A DNA stretch of 50,975 bases from a phage, in the sequence record PZ871100.1; one strand, 5' to 3'. The stretch's first letter is position 1, and each line of letters begins with the position of its first letter. Below the pieces are notes generated by a model. It was not told the DNA's origin, ran no database searches, and saw only the letters and a program-made list of their open reading frames with translations. Below, in pieces: positions 1 through 10,134 of the stretch. Made by a program: the position numbers and the translations under genes.

Positions 1-522
1 ATGGCTAAAAACGTTGAGCCAGCCGTAAAGGCTTGCAATTTTAAAAAACTATATAATAAGCAATATGGCGATATAGCAAAAATGACAAAGGCGCACAAGT
101 ACACGCCGGAACAGGTATTTGATCTTGCTGTTCGTTACTTTACGTGGGCCGAGGAAAATCATATACAGGCTGCGGAAACGGCATCCTTTCAGGGTGACGT
201 ATACGAAAGCAAGATTCACAAGCCGCGAGTGTTCACCTTAAACGGATTCCGATTATTCGCTGGCCTTTCTGCTTCCGTACTTGAAAAATGGCGACGTGAG
301 CCAGGATTCAGCGAGGTTATGGACTTTATCGACGGCGTTGTTTACGAGCAAAAATTCCAGCTTGCTGCAAACAATATTGTTAACGCCGGATTCATTGGTA
401 AAGAGATCGGCATTGAAAAGCCAGCCACCGTTACCATTGAGAATAACACAAGCGCCAGCGTTGACGCTGTAACGGCGGAGGAAGTCAAAGAGGCGGTAAT
501 TGACATTCTGGAGAAGATATAA
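1..522 (+). CDS. terminase small subunit (putative)
   Basis: 173-aa ORF directly upstream of and overlapping (TAATG) the large terminase; position-based call; window starts at its ATG. Confidence 0.5.
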   Translation: MAKNVEPAVKACNFKKLYNKQYGDIAKMTKAHKYTPEQVFDLAVRYFTWAEENHIQAAETASFQGDVYESKIHKPRVFTLNGFRLFAGLSASVLEKWRREPGFSEVMDFIDGVVYEQKFQLAANNIVNAGFIGKEIGIEKPATVTIENNTSASVDAVTAEEVKEAVIDILEKI

Positions 523-2090
523 TGCTGATTTGGGAAGACTTAACAGCGGCGCAAAAACGCGCCGTTAAGGAAATGAGCGAATATTCATTCGAAAAGATGA
601 TCCGCATTTGGTTTCAGTTATTGCAAGGTCAGAAATTCTTAGGAAACTGGCATTTCAGTTACCTATGTAGCGAAGTTGAAAAAATCATCAAAGGCGAGTC
701 ACAGAATGTAATTTTCAACATAACGCCAGGTAGTGGTAAAACAGAGATATTCTCGATCCATATGTCACCTTATGCGTCATTGAAAAGTAAGAAGGTGCGA
801 AATCTTAATCTTTCGTTTAGTGATGGCCTTGTCCAGCAGAATAGCAACCGCATTAAGGAGATTATTGGTTCTCCAGAATGGCAGGAGCTATGGCCTGGAA
901 AGCTGGCAAAGGCGAGCGCAAAGGATTTGATTGTAACCGATGGCGGCAAGGTTAAATTACAAGTTAACTCGCGTTCTATCGGTGGTCAGGTTACTGGTCT
1001 GCGTGGCGGATACATGGACGATGGATTTACTGGTATGCTGGTTCTTGATGATCCAGACAAACCGGATGACATGCTTTCTAAGGTGAAGCGCGAAGCCGGA
1101 CACATGCGCCTAAAGAACACTGTTCGATCGCGTCGAATGAAGGACACCACGCCAATTGTGATGGTTCAGCAACGCCTACACGTCAATGATTCAACATGGT
1201 TCATGACAAACGGCGGCATGGGCGGCATCAAGTTTAAGGTGGTTAGTATTCCGGCGCTCGTTACTAAGGAATATCGCGAAACGCTTCCTGATTGGTTAAA
1301 GCCTGAGTTTGATCGCGATGTTTTGTCCAGTAAGCCAGTGATGATTGATGGAGTTGCTCATTATTCATTCTGGCCTGCTAAGGAAAGCGCTGAGGAATTG
1401 CTTGCGCTTCGCAATGCTGATCCGTACACGTTCGCTAGTCAGTATCAGCAACAGCCTGTTGCGCTTGGCGGTAACGTGTTTAAAACAGAGTGGTTTCAGT
1501 ATTACGGCAGCAGCGAGAAATGCACGTTACCCAAACCGGATCGCTTTGAATATACATTTATCACGGTTGATACCGCGCAGAAAACAGGGGAGCTTAACGA
1601 CTATTCCGTGATCTGTTATTGGGGGATGTATAAAGATCGTGTTTACTTCATTGATGGCGTGCGCGGAAAATGGGAAGCACCGGACCTTGAGACGAATTTT
1701 GTTGCATTCGTGAATCAGTGCTGGAAGCGCAATAAAGAATGCGGAACGTTGCGAAGGATTCATGTTGAAGATAAATCGTCTGGCACTGGATTGATTCAGA
1801 GTGCGGCGAAAAAAATCATGATCAAGATCAATCCCGTTCAGCGCGATAAAGACAAGGTTACTCGTGCAATGGACGCAGCACCAGTAATGCGCGCCGGACG
1901 CGTGGCACTTCCAGAATCGCATCCTATGATGGCTGAGATACTAGCTGAAGTTGCGGCGTTCACATTCGATGATTCGCATCCTCATGATGATATTGTTGAT
2001 AACATCATTGATGCGGTTAACATTGAAATGAACATGGCAGACGATCCGGTAGGAAGAATGAAAAAACTGGCAGGTTTGCGGAACAAATAG
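522..2090 (+). CDS. terminase large subunit
   Basis: 522 aa; N-terminal ATPase region (ITPGSGKTE) and C-terminal nuclease-like region; precedes portal. Confidence 0.85.
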   Translation: MLIWEDLTAAQKRAVKEMSEYSFEKMIRIWFQLLQGQKFLGNWHFSYLCSEVEKIIKGESQNVIFNITPGSGKTEIFSIHMSPYASLKSKKVRNLNLSFSDGLVQQNSNRIKEIIGSPEWQELWPGKLAKASAKDLIVTDGGKVKLQVNSRSIGGQVTGLRGGYMDDGFTGMLVLDDPDKPDDMLSKVKREAGHMRLKNTVRSRRMKDTTPIVMVQQRLHVNDSTWFMTNGGMGGIKFKVVSIPALVTKEYRETLPDWLKPEFDRDVLSSKPVMIDGVAHYSFWPAKESAEELLALRNADPYTFASQYQQQPVALGGNVFKTEWFQYYGSSEKCTLPKPDRFEYTFITVDTAQKTGELNDYSVICYWGMYKDRVYFIDGVRGKWEAPDLETNFVAFVNQCWKRNKECGTLRRIHVEDKSSGTGLIQSAAKKIMIKINPVQRDKDKVTRAMDAAPVMRAGRVALPESHPMMAEILAEVAAFTFDDSHPHDDIVDNIIDAVNIEMNMADDPVGRMKKLAGLRNK

Positions 2091-2120
2091 CACGAATCGA
2101 CAAACCAATATATAATCAAA

Positions 2121-2143
2121 GGCTGGTGAATCCAGCCTTTTTT
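2121..2143 (+). terminator. hairpin + T-run between terminase and portal
   Basis: GGCTGG tgaa TCCAGCC then TTTTTT, immediately followed by ATTGGAGG RBS. Confidence 0.5.
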
Positions 2144-2158
2144 ATTGGAGGAAAGATA

Positions 2159-3439
2159 ATGAGTAAATCACGAATCGTTAAGGCTGACGGCTATAACGAG
2201 ATCTTTAAAGGAGAGAATTGCAAATCGCGAGTAGAGCAACCATTCTACATGCAATCAATGCCATACAAGACACTTGCTGACTTTTACGAAAAAGACGGCC
2301 TGGCAAAAAGGGTTATTGACGTAGTACCAGAGGAAATGGTTTCCCCTGGCTTCACGGTTGACGGCGTGGCAGACGAGGCAGCATTCCGTTCTTTGTGGGA
2401 TGAGAAGCGATTGAATGCAAAAATTATTGATGCGCTTTGCTGGTCGCGTTTGTTTGGTGGATCTGCAATCATTGCTCTTGTTCAGGATGGGCGAGCGCTC
2501 AAATCACCTGTAAAGCCTGGTGCCATGTTGGAGGATGTGCGAGTTTACGATCGCTATCAGATTCGCGTTGAAGCGCGCGAAACTAATCCCCGCAAGGTTC
2601 GCTATGGTGAGCCAGTGCTTTACACTGTAACGCCAGGCGGAGACTTGCCGGAATACCAGGTACACTACACGCGCGTTTGCATTATCGACGGTGAGCGGAT
2701 ACCTAACGCAAAGCGACGCAGCAATGATGGCTGGGGTGAGTCAGTTCTTAACAAGCGACTTGTTGAGGCTATTGTTGATTATAACTATTGTGAAACATTG
2801 GCAACGCAATTATTGCGGCGTAAGCAACAGGCGGTATGGAAGGCTAAAGGACTCGCTGACTTGTGCGATGATGAGGAAGGTGTTAGCGCGGCACGCCTGA
2901 GACTTGCGCAGGTTGACGATGAGGGCGGCGTAGGCAAGGCCATTGGTATTGATGCTGAAGATGAGGAATATGATGTTCTTAACTCTGACATTAGCGGAGT
3001 TGATTCTTTTCTGGAAAAGAAAATGGATCGCATAGTTTCCCTTTCAGGTATTCATGAAATCATCCTGAAAAATAAAAACGTTGGCGGCGTTAGCGCAAGC
3101 CAAAACACGGCGCTTGAAACATTCTATAAGCTGATTGAACGAAAACGCGTTGAGGATTACAAGCCTATCCTTGAATTTCTATTGCCGTTCATCATTAGTG
3201 AGCAGGAGTGGAGCATTGAGTTTTCACCTTTGAGCGTGCCTAGCGATAAAGATCAGGCTGAAATTCTGAATAAGAATATCGACTCAATCAGCAAGGCTAT
3301 TGATGGTCAGTTCCTTGATGTTGAAGAAGCGCGAGACACGTTGCGAGCAATCGCCCCAAGCGTTAAACTAAAGGACACTAATAAAATCAAGCTGCCGGAG
3401 CCAGCGGAGCCGGAGCCAGGCACACAGGGGAATGAGTAA
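2159..3439 (+). CDS. portal protein
   Basis: ORF trimmed to ATG 2159 with GGAGG 9 nt upstream; ~426 aa, immediately downstream of TerL; acidic C-terminus. Confidence 0.75.
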   Translation: MSKSRIVKADGYNEIFKGENCKSRVEQPFYMQSMPYKTLADFYEKDGLAKRVIDVVPEEMVSPGFTVDGVADEAAFRSLWDEKRLNAKIIDALCWSRLFGGSAIIALVQDGRALKSPVKPGAMLEDVRVYDRYQIRVEARETNPRKVRYGEPVLYTVTPGGDLPEYQVHYTRVCIIDGERIPNAKRRSNDGWGESVLNKRLVEAIVDYNYCETLATQLLRRKQQAVWKAKGLADLCDDEEGVSAARLRLAQVDDEGGVGKAIGIDAEDEEYDVLNSDISGVDSFLEKKMDRIVSLSGIHEIILKNKNVGGVSASQNTALETFYKLIERKRVEDYKPILEFLLPFIISEQEWSIEFSPLSVPSDKDQAEILNKNIDSISKAIDGQFLDVEEARDTLRAIAPSVKLKDTNKIKLPEPAEPEPGTQGNE

Positions 3440-4203
3440 TGAAAGTGAAGGGCGTCGTTAAACAATGGCGCTTTCCTGAAGCAAGCGAGCGGCAATTTAG
3501 CCGCTCAATTCAGGAGGCAATTAGAGATCTTGTGGTTCTCATGCGCAAGCGAACAAAAGCGATGAAGTTTGACGCAACAGATAATGAGATCAACAGCGCA
3601 GAAGATGAAATTAACAGCCTGGCAACTGACCTTATAGCTGGCATTGTTTCAACTCTTCCTACAATCGCGTTGACCATTTATAAATTCAATGCGAAGCAGT
3701 TTATCAATGTTGCCAAGTCAACTGGCGGAAAGGATAATACGGCGGTAATTGTTTTGATCGCGGTTGGCGCTAACGCTAACGAGGATTGGTATCAGACGCT
3801 CTACGGTCAATGGCACGGGCTTACAGAATCATCGCTAAGGAAGTTGTTCACAAATATTGTGTCTGACTGGTCAACAAACATTCGCAATGCAAACTTTCGC
3901 GGAAGCGATGATAAACAGGTTAATGATCTTGCAGAAAAGAGATTTGCTGTTTATAGCTCTTGGGGCAAGACGAGATCAGAAAACATTATCGGAGCGTGGA
4001 ATAGTCGCCTGATGCGCCAGCGTCTTTATGATGCTAAGGTAACTCATTATTTCTGGCATGGAATGTTAGATGACAGAGAGCGTTTGCAACATGTATTATG
4101 GGAAGGAAAAAGAATAGCGCTTGATGCAATTCATGATTTCCCTGGTGAGCCGTGGGGTTGCCGTTGCTGGGCAATTCCAGATTGGAATAATAAAGGAGAG
4201 TGA
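3439..4203 (+). CDS. head morphogenesis protein (Mu F / SPP1 gp7-like, putative)
   Basis: 254 aa, follows portal in canonical order; ATG overlaps portal stop. Confidence 0.5.
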   Translation: MKVKGVVKQWRFPEASERQFSRSIQEAIRDLVVLMRKRTKAMKFDATDNEINSAEDEINSLATDLIAGIVSTLPTIALTIYKFNAKQFINVAKSTGGKDNTAVIVLIAVGANANEDWYQTLYGQWHGLTESSLRKLFTNIVSDWSTNIRNANFRGSDDKQVNDLAEKRFAVYSSWGKTRSENIIGAWNSRLMRQRLYDAKVTHYFWHGMLDDRERLQHVLWEGKRIALDAIHDFPGEPWGCRCWAIPDWNNKGE

Positions 4204-4206
4204 TTA

Positions 4207-5319
4207 ATGAAGGCAAAACAAAGATTTGATAGCGTCCAGGTTAAGGCGCATTTTGATGATAATGGCTTTTTAGTTGATCGCCCAATTGTGGCGAGAATTG
4301 GCTTGCAGGAGTACCGCACACCGTATGGAATCAGACGAGAGTTCCGTCCAGCGTCCGAGGTGTTCAAGGCTGATTCCCTTGCTACTTTCGCAGGTAAGCC
4401 GATCACTATCGGTCACGTCACAGTGACGCCAGATAATGCGGATCAGGTTGTTGTTGGTTCATGCGCTGGCGCTGGTGTTCCAAATGGGATTGGCGTTGAA
4501 GTTCCGTTAAGCATTTACTCAAAGCGAGCAATTGAGAGCGCAAAAAAGAAAGATACGGCTGAAATTTCAGTTGGTTACACATCAATTGATATTGATAAAC
4601 CAGGATGGGGCAACAATAAAACTGGTGATTACTTGTTTGAAGAAGACCTTAATGAAGACTGGAAGCCTGATTCTCCTGATTGGGTTAAATTTGACGCCAT
4701 TCAGACGAATATTCGTGTCAACCACATTGCGCTTGTCTTTCGTGGTCGTGCTGGCATTGCCAAATTAAATCTTGATAGTGAACAAGATTTTCCGTATAGT
4801 GACGAGGTTCTAAATGACAAAGGAGATGAGGAAATGACAGTAAAAATTAAACTTGATGGCGCGGTAGAATTTGATGTTCCAAAGGCCGTTGCTGATCATA
4901 TTGAGGCGTTAAAGGCAGATGCAAAAGCTGCAACCGAAAAAGCTGATGGCCTTGAGGCCGAGCGCGACGCCCTGAAAACTAAAGTCGATGGCATTCCGGC
5001 GCAGATTGCAGAAGCTGTTAAGAAGGCAAAGACTGACGCAGAAGAACATGCCAAGCTGGTTGCAGATGCAACTGAAATTGGCATCAAGTGTGACGGCTTG
5101 GACGCTAAAGCGATCAAGGTTGCTTACGTCAAAGAAGTCACTGGCGCTGATATTTCAGAAAAAGCCGATGCATATATTGAAACAGCTTTTGACCTTGCGA
5201 AGCAGTCTGATAAAATGGCGGCGCAGCGTAAATCTGTTAAGGGCGATTCTTTCGAATCTGGCAAGAGTGAAAAAACCGACTCCCTTGATCCTACTGCGCG
5301 TTTGAAAAAACTTAAATAA
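4207..5319 (+). CDS. capsid scaffolding protein (possible N-terminal protease-like domain, C-terminal Ala/Lys/Glu coiled coil)
   Basis: 370 aa; C-terminal half is low-complexity helical AKxAxEKA repeats typical of scaffolds; located before capsid genes. Confidence 0.5.
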   Translation: MKAKQRFDSVQVKAHFDDNGFLVDRPIVARIGLQEYRTPYGIRREFRPASEVFKADSLATFAGKPITIGHVTVTPDNADQVVVGSCAGAGVPNGIGVEVPLSIYSKRAIESAKKKDTAEISVGYTSIDIDKPGWGNNKTGDYLFEEDLNEDWKPDSPDWVKFDAIQTNIRVNHIALVFRGRAGIAKLNLDSEQDFPYSDEVLNDKGDEEMTVKIKLDGAVEFDVPKAVADHIEALKADAKAATEKADGLEAERDALKTKVDGIPAQIAEAVKKAKTDAEEHAKLVADATEIGIKCDGLDAKAIKVAYVKEVTGADISEKADAYIETAFDLAKQSDKMAAQRKSVKGDSFESGKSEKTDSLDPTARLKKLK

Positions 5320-5331
5320 GGAGAAATAAAC

Positions 5332-5844
5332 ATGGCTACAATTGGAGCAAGCTACTTTGCTGTAATGTCTCGTGCGTTACCTGGTCAGGTTTCTGACACT
5401 TCAGCTTATAATATTGATGGCGCTTGTGTTCTTGAGAATGCGGCAGGCAATCAGAATCAGTCTGTTTTTGTTGGTGTGGCGGTCCAGCATGGCGGCGTTG
5501 ACGCTATGGGCAATAAGCTAATTAAGCCGATGGCGGCAAGCGGCAAGGCTTACGGCGTTGCAATTCGATCTCACTTTCAGACAACTTCGTCTGACGGTCG
5601 AATGATTTATGAATCTGGCAGCGGAATCAACGTAATGACTGAGGGGCGTGTTTGGATGTTGACTAAAGACGCTTCCGCGCCAGCTTTCGGCACTGCAATC
5701 AAACTGTCTGATGATGGTCAGGTTGATACCACGTCTGGCACTATCGAAACAAACTGGATCGCGACTGGTGATTTCACCAAGTTTCAAGACTTGAAGCTGG
5801 TAGAGGTTCAGGTGCAAAAAGTTCCAGCAGTTTCAGCAGGTTAA
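5332..5844 (+). CDS. capsid-associated protein, paralog A (decoration/structural, putative)
   Basis: 170 aa; clear paralogy with next gene (ESGSGINVMTEGRVWMLTKDASAPAFG vs EEGDPVNVVSRGNVWCLTSESEAPEYG); RBS AAGGAG. Confidence 0.4.
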   Translation: MATIGASYFAVMSRALPGQVSDTSAYNIDGACVLENAAGNQNQSVFVGVAVQHGGVDAMGNKLIKPMAASGKAYGVAIRSHFQTTSSDGRMIYESGSGINVMTEGRVWMLTKDASAPAFGTAIKLSDDGQVDTTSGTIETNWIATGDFTKFQDLKLVEVQVQKVPAVSAG

Positions 5845-5851
5845 TAAATAT

Positions 5852-5874
5852 GGCGCTCAGTGAGCGCCTTTTTT
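5852..5874 (+). terminator. rho-independent terminator-like hairpin
   Basis: GGCGCTCA g TGAGCGCC then TTTTTT. Confidence 0.6.
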
Positions 5875-5889
5875 ATATTTGGAGTTCTC

Positions 5890-6324
5890 ATGAGTGATTA
5901 TTCAGTCATTGTTGGCGCTGAGTCGCCAGGGTGCATGGTCGATTCTTCAATAATGGTGATTAACGGATCTTTCGTGTGCGGAGATGAATTTATTGCGCCA
6001 GGTAAGATTGTGCGACTATCACATATAATAAATGGATACAAAATAGCAAGTGTTAATGGGGATCTCGTTATTGGCGTGGCAGTAAGGCCGCCGGACTCGT
6101 GCATATATGAGGAGGGCGATCCAGTTAATGTGGTTAGTCGGGGTAATGTTTGGTGCTTAACTTCTGAGAGCGAAGCGCCAGAATATGGAGATAAAGTATT
6201 TGTAACGCAAGATGGAGATGTGGCATACAGTGAAGGCGACTTGCTGATTGGTTGGATCTTTACTGGCGAACATGTAAAGGTTGATAATGATTCATATATT
6301 GTCGGGGTAAGCATTGACCCATAA
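5890..6324 (+). CDS. capsid-associated protein, paralog B
   Basis: ORF trimmed to ATG 5890 (GGAG upstream, after terminator hairpin); paralog of 5332..5844. Confidence 0.4.
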   Translation: MSDYSVIVGAESPGCMVDSSIMVINGSFVCGDEFIAPGKIVRLSHIINGYKIASVNGDLVIGVAVRPPDSCIYEEGDPVNVVSRGNVWCLTSESEAPEYGDKVFVTQDGDVAYSEGDLLIGWIFTGEHVKVDNDSYIVGVSIDP

Positions 6325-6407
6325 CACAAAATTATGTTGCACGTTTAACAAAAAATGCTATCATTGGTCCGTTACATACTAACGACCTTTATATATGGAG
6401 GAAGAAA

Positions 6408-7382
6408 ATGGAAAAAGAAAAATTTGATCAGCTAGATGCGGATATTGTTTCTAGCTATCTGGCTACTCGCGGCGTTAAAGGTGATGCGTCCGATATGGGT
6501 ATTTGGGCCGCTCAAGAACTGCATAAGATTCGCTCTAATGCTTACGAGAAAGAATATCCGGCAGGTTCAGCGCTTCGTGTATTCCCTGTAACTAATGAGC
6601 TTTCTGATACTGATAAGACTTTTGAATATCAGATGTTTGACAAAGTTGGTTACGCAAAAATTATCGCTGATTACACCGACGACCTGCCGACCGTTGACGC
6701 GCTGATGTCAAGCGAATTTGGTAAAGTATTCCGCCTGGGTAACGCGTTCTTGATCTCCATTGACGAAATCAAGGCTGGTCAGCGTACTGGTAAGAGCCTT
6801 TCCACTCGCAAGGCAAACGCAGCGCAAAACGCTCATGATCAGGAAGTTAACCGCCTGGTGTTTAAGGGTTCAAAGCCGCATAAGATTCTTTCGGTATTTG
6901 AACACCCTAACCTGACAAAGATCGTGTCAACTGGCTGGTTAAGTGCTGATGAAAACACTAAGTTCCCGCAGGCAGCATCTGATGAACTGGAAAAGGCTAT
7001 TGAAACCATTCAGACCATCACCAATGGTCAGCACCGGGCAACCAATATCTTGATTCCGCCGTCTATGCGCAAGGTTCTTTCCGTTCGAATGGAAAACACC
7101 ACTGAAAGTTATCTGGAATACTTCCAGAAACAAAACAGCGGAATCACCATCGACTCAATCGCAGAGCTTGAGGATATTGATGGCACTGGAACGAAAGGTT
7201 GCCTGGTATATGAAAAAGACCCGATGAACATGTCGATCGAAATTCCAGAAGCATTTAACATGCTTCCGGCGCAACCAAAAGATCTGCATTTCAAAGTTCC
7301 GTGCACTTCAAAATGTACTGGCCTGACGATTTACCGTCCGTTTACGCTAGTACTTATTACTGGCTTGAAAAAATCAGGTTAA
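6408..7382 (+). CDS. major capsid protein (putative)
   Basis: 324 aa, GGAGG RBS, followed by strong terminator hairpin; size and position consistent with HK97-fold MCP. Confidence 0.65.
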   Translation: MEKEKFDQLDADIVSSYLATRGVKGDASDMGIWAAQELHKIRSNAYEKEYPAGSALRVFPVTNELSDTDKTFEYQMFDKVGYAKIIADYTDDLPTVDALMSSEFGKVFRLGNAFLISIDEIKAGQRTGKSLSTRKANAAQNAHDQEVNRLVFKGSKPHKILSVFEHPNLTKIVSTGWLSADENTKFPQAASDELEKAIETIQTITNGQHRATNILIPPSMRKVLSVRMENTTESYLEYFQKQNSGITIDSIAELEDIDGTGTKGCLVYEKDPMNMSIEIPEAFNMLPAQPKDLHFKVPCTSKCTGLTIYRPFTLVLITGLKKSG

Positions 7383-7395
7383 TCGTATAACATTG

Positions 7396-7424
7396 GGGAA
7401 TCCTTAACTGGATTCCCTTTTTTA
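7396..7424 (+). terminator. rho-independent terminator after capsid gene
   Basis: GGGAATCC ttaact GGATTCCC then TTTTTT, then ATTGGAGG RBS. Confidence 0.65.
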
Positions 7425-7438
7425 TTGGAGGTTATGAA

Positions 7439-7711
7439 ATGGCTAAAGAAAAAACTGTAACGCTAAAGGTTTCCGGCGTGTGCCTTATCATTGTTGATGG
7501 TGAGCATTATCATCCAGGCAAAGAGTTTGACGTAGAAGAATCAAAATTGAAAACAAGCGCGTTTGAATATCTAATTGCAAAAGGCGATCTGGAGGTTAAA
7601 GACAACTCCGCATTGAACGAAGAAATCAAACAGAGCGCAGCAAGCAAACGTAAAAAAGACCCACGAGAGGGCAAGAGCAAAGCCGAACTTGAAGACGGCG
7701 GCATCTATTAA
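7439..7711 (+). CDS. hypothetical structural-module protein
   Basis: 90-aa ORF between terminator hairpins, RBS GGAGG. Confidence 0.4.
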   Translation: MAKEKTVTLKVSGVCLIIVDGEHYHPGKEFDVEESKLKTSAFEYLIAKGDLEVKDNSALNEEIKQSAASKRKKDPREGKSKAELEDGGIY

Positions 7712-7758
7712 TAAAGAGGGCGCTATAAGCGCCCTTTGTCATATCTGGAGGAAACACA

Positions 7759-8175
7759 ATGGTTGATGAATTTTTCACTGACGCAGAAATCACGCAGCAA
7801 ATCGTGAAATTAGCTCCACCGATGAAGCAGATTGATCCAGATTTAATGGTGGCATGGATTGGGCTTGCAAAGGAATTTGTTTGCAAGAAGCGGTTTAAAG
7901 AATCATATCCCAAAGCGGTTGCTCTTTATACGTTGCACCTTATGACGCTTGATGGAGCGATGAAACAGGAAGGGGAAAGCGTAGATAGTTACTCGCGGCG
8001 CGTGGCGTCATTTTCCCTGACTGGTGAATTTAGTCAGACATTTGATCGTGTGTCCGGCGATTCAAGCGGAAAAGAGATAAGGCAAACTCCGTGGGGTAAA
8101 ATGTATGAAACGTTAAATCGCAAAAAAGGCGGCGGATTTGGTCTTGTTACTGGATTTAGGAGACGTTGCAAATGA
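7759..8175 (+). CDS. head-tail connector/adaptor protein (putative)
   Basis: 138 aa, RBS GGAGG, position between capsid and tail genes. Confidence 0.4.
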   Translation: MVDEFFTDAEITQQIVKLAPPMKQIDPDLMVAWIGLAKEFVCKKRFKESYPKAVALYTLHLMTLDGAMKQEGESVDSYSRRVASFSLTGEFSQTFDRVSGDSSGKEIRQTPWGKMYETLNRKKGGGFGLVTGFRRRCK

Positions 8176-8543
8176 ACTATAACGAGATCGCAAGAATGGC
8201 AACCGAAGGAATTAACTTCTTTAGTGATGGCAACGGTGAGTTTAAGTGCATAACGCAGCGTGGAAGCGTTGAAATCATCGGAGGCGAAGAAGTAGAAAAG
8301 CCAGAGATCAGTGTAATGATTAAGGGTTTAATTCGCTCCCCAAAAGTCCGCGAGATTGACGGCGAGACAATACGAGTAACCGATAAGTTGGGAGTTTTTA
8401 ACAATAAAGTTGAAATTAAGAACGGGTATCATATTGATGTTGATGGTGAATTATATGTTGTAGTTGAAGCAAGACCAATCAGACAAACCAATGTCACTGT
8501 TGCTTATCGGCCTATTTTGAGAAGGATTTCTGTACATGGCTAA
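8172..8543 (+). CDS. head closure / head-tail joining protein (putative)
   Basis: ATG 8172 overlaps upstream stop (ATGA); AGGAG RBS; position-based. Confidence 0.4.
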   Translation: MNYNEIARMATEGINFFSDGNGEFKCITQRGSVEIIGGEEVEKPEISVMIKGLIRSPKVREIDGETIRVTDKLGVFNNKVEIKNGYHIDVDGELYVVVEARPIRQTNVTVAYRPILRRISVHG

Positions 8544-8979
8544 AAACTACACGATAAGGGAATTTCACGGCAACATTGATGCGTGGATAAACGCCGTTGA
8601 TAATGGCCTGAAAGATTGCGTGGAGTTGTTCGCCGAAAAAGTGCATACAGATCTTGTTAAGCGTTCTCCGGTAGATACTGGTCGTTACCGTGGAAACTGG
8701 CAGGTAACAGCAAATAAGCCGCCATTGTATGCGCTTAACCAGTACGATAAGCACGGCGACAAAACGATAGCGGAAGGTAAGCGAGCTATATACGCAATAT
8801 TGAGAGGTGGCGGAGCGGTAAGGGCCATTTATTTTTCAAATATGCTTATTTACGCTAACGCGCTTGAATACGGTCATTCAAAACAAGCGCCAGCGGGTGT
8901 GCTTGGTATTGTTGCCGTGAAGTTGCGTTCATATATGGCTGAAGCAATAAAAGAGTCGAGGGCTAAAAATGCACTATGA
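8536..8979 (+). CDS. tail completion/neck protein (HK97 gp10-like, putative)
   Basis: 147 aa; overlapping start; TGRYRGNW motif region; position-based. Confidence 0.4.
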   Translation: MAKNYTIREFHGNIDAWINAVDNGLKDCVELFAEKVHTDLVKRSPVDTGRYRGNWQVTANKPPLYALNQYDKHGDKTIAEGKRAIYAILRGGGAVRAIYFSNMLIYANALEYGHSKQAPAGVLGIVAVKLRSYMAEAIKESRAKNAL

Positions 8980-9367
8980 ATTAATGCTATCGGCGCGTAA
9001 GGCGCTGGCGACTGAATACGAGAGCAGATTCACGATCGCTTATGAAAACGTAGAGTTTACGCCACCTGGTGACGGTTCGCCGTGGTTAAAGTTTGACTAT
9101 GCCGAAGTTGACACAGAATACTTGTCATTGGATCGAAAATGCGTTTCATATATCGGAATGATTCAGGTTGGCATTGTGTTTCCACCAGGTTACGGAACTG
9201 ACAGGCCGCGCGTTCTAGCTAAAGAGATTGCGCAATTCTTTTACGATGGTAAAATGCTGGAGCATGGTTATATATATGAGGGTGCAAGAGTTCACAAGCC
9301 GCTCAAGAGTGAAAGCGGTTGGATTCTCCCAATAAGGTTTTATGTTCGAATTGAAACAAAGGAGTAA
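8969..9367 (+). CDS. tail terminator protein (putative)
   Basis: 132 aa immediately upstream of major tail protein. Confidence 0.35.
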   Translation: MHYELMLSARKALATEYESRFTIAYENVEFTPPGDGSPWLKFDYAEVDTEYLSLDRKCVSYIGMIQVGIVFPPGYGTDRPRVLAKEIAQFFYDGKMLEHGYIYEGARVHKPLKSESGWILPIRFYVRIETKE

Positions 9368-9372
9368 AAATT

Positions 9373-10035
9373 ATGCATTTACCAAATGGATCGCAAATTT
9401 TCGTTGAGAGCAATCGCGGAAGCGCTATTGAGGCAACGGCAGTATCAAACGCTAAAGATCCTGTATTCACCGTTGCATCTGGCGGTACTGCGTACAAGAA
9501 AGGTGATTATGTTATCATCACTGCGTCCTCCTGGGGCAAGCTGATTGATCGTGTTATGCGTGTAAAGGCTAACGGTGAAGAAACAAGCGTGACTCTTGAG
9601 GGTGTTGATACTACCGATCAGAACGTGTTCCCGACTGGCGGCACTGCATCTTTTGCCAAGATTGATGCATGGACTGAGATCCCTTGCGTTCAGGATTTGT
9701 CGCAGGACGGCGGAGAACAGCAATATTACACTTATCAGTGTTTGGCGGACGACCAGGAGCAGCAGTTACCTACCTATAAGAGCGCCGTTTCTCTGACCTA
9801 CACTTTTGCGCACGAATACGATAACGCGATCTATCCGTTACTTCGTGCAGCAGACGAATCCGGTGAAGTGACCGCGCTTCGCATGTATGTACCGAAAGCG
9901 AAAGAGATGCGTTGCTGGGCTGGTGTCCTTTCGTTTAACGAGATCCCACAAACGACCGTTAACGAAATGGAAACTGTTTCCCTGTCTGTATCCCTGAAAG
10001 GTCGATTCACCTTCCTACCTTCTCAAGTAGCATAA
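9373..10035 (+). CDS. major tail protein
   Basis: 220 aa, RBS AAGGAG, followed by strong rho-independent terminator; upstream of chaperone/tape measure. Confidence 0.6.
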   Translation: MHLPNGSQIFVESNRGSAIEATAVSNAKDPVFTVASGGTAYKKGDYVIITASSWGKLIDRVMRVKANGEETSVTLEGVDTTDQNVFPTGGTASFAKIDAWTEIPCVQDLSQDGGEQQYYTYQCLADDQEQQLPTYKSAVSLTYTFAHEYDNAIYPLLRAADESGEVTALRMYVPKAKEMRCWAGVLSFNEIPQTTVNEMETVSLSVSLKGRFTFLPSQVA

Positions 10036-10042
10036 TCACAAG

Positions 10043-10064
10043 GGGCGTTGCGCCCCTTTTTTTG
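10043..10064 (+). terminator. rho-independent terminator after major tail gene
   Basis: GGGGCG ttg CGCCCC then TTTTTTT. Confidence 0.7.
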
Positions 10065-10134
10065 TTACTGTACAATCATGCTACACGATTCATAATCAAT
10101 TCTTTTAACAAAAAGTGCTATCAAGGAGAAAGAA

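Noticed and set aside
2126-2158. Upstream GTG start for the portal gene (and similar upstream alternative starts at 5860, 13857, 19481, 27524, 28559, 36343-37980, 42724)
   Set aside because: These alternative starts lie inside terminator hairpins or promoter boxes and lack an RBS; the downstream ATG with a Shine-Dalgarno at 5-10 nt was preferred.
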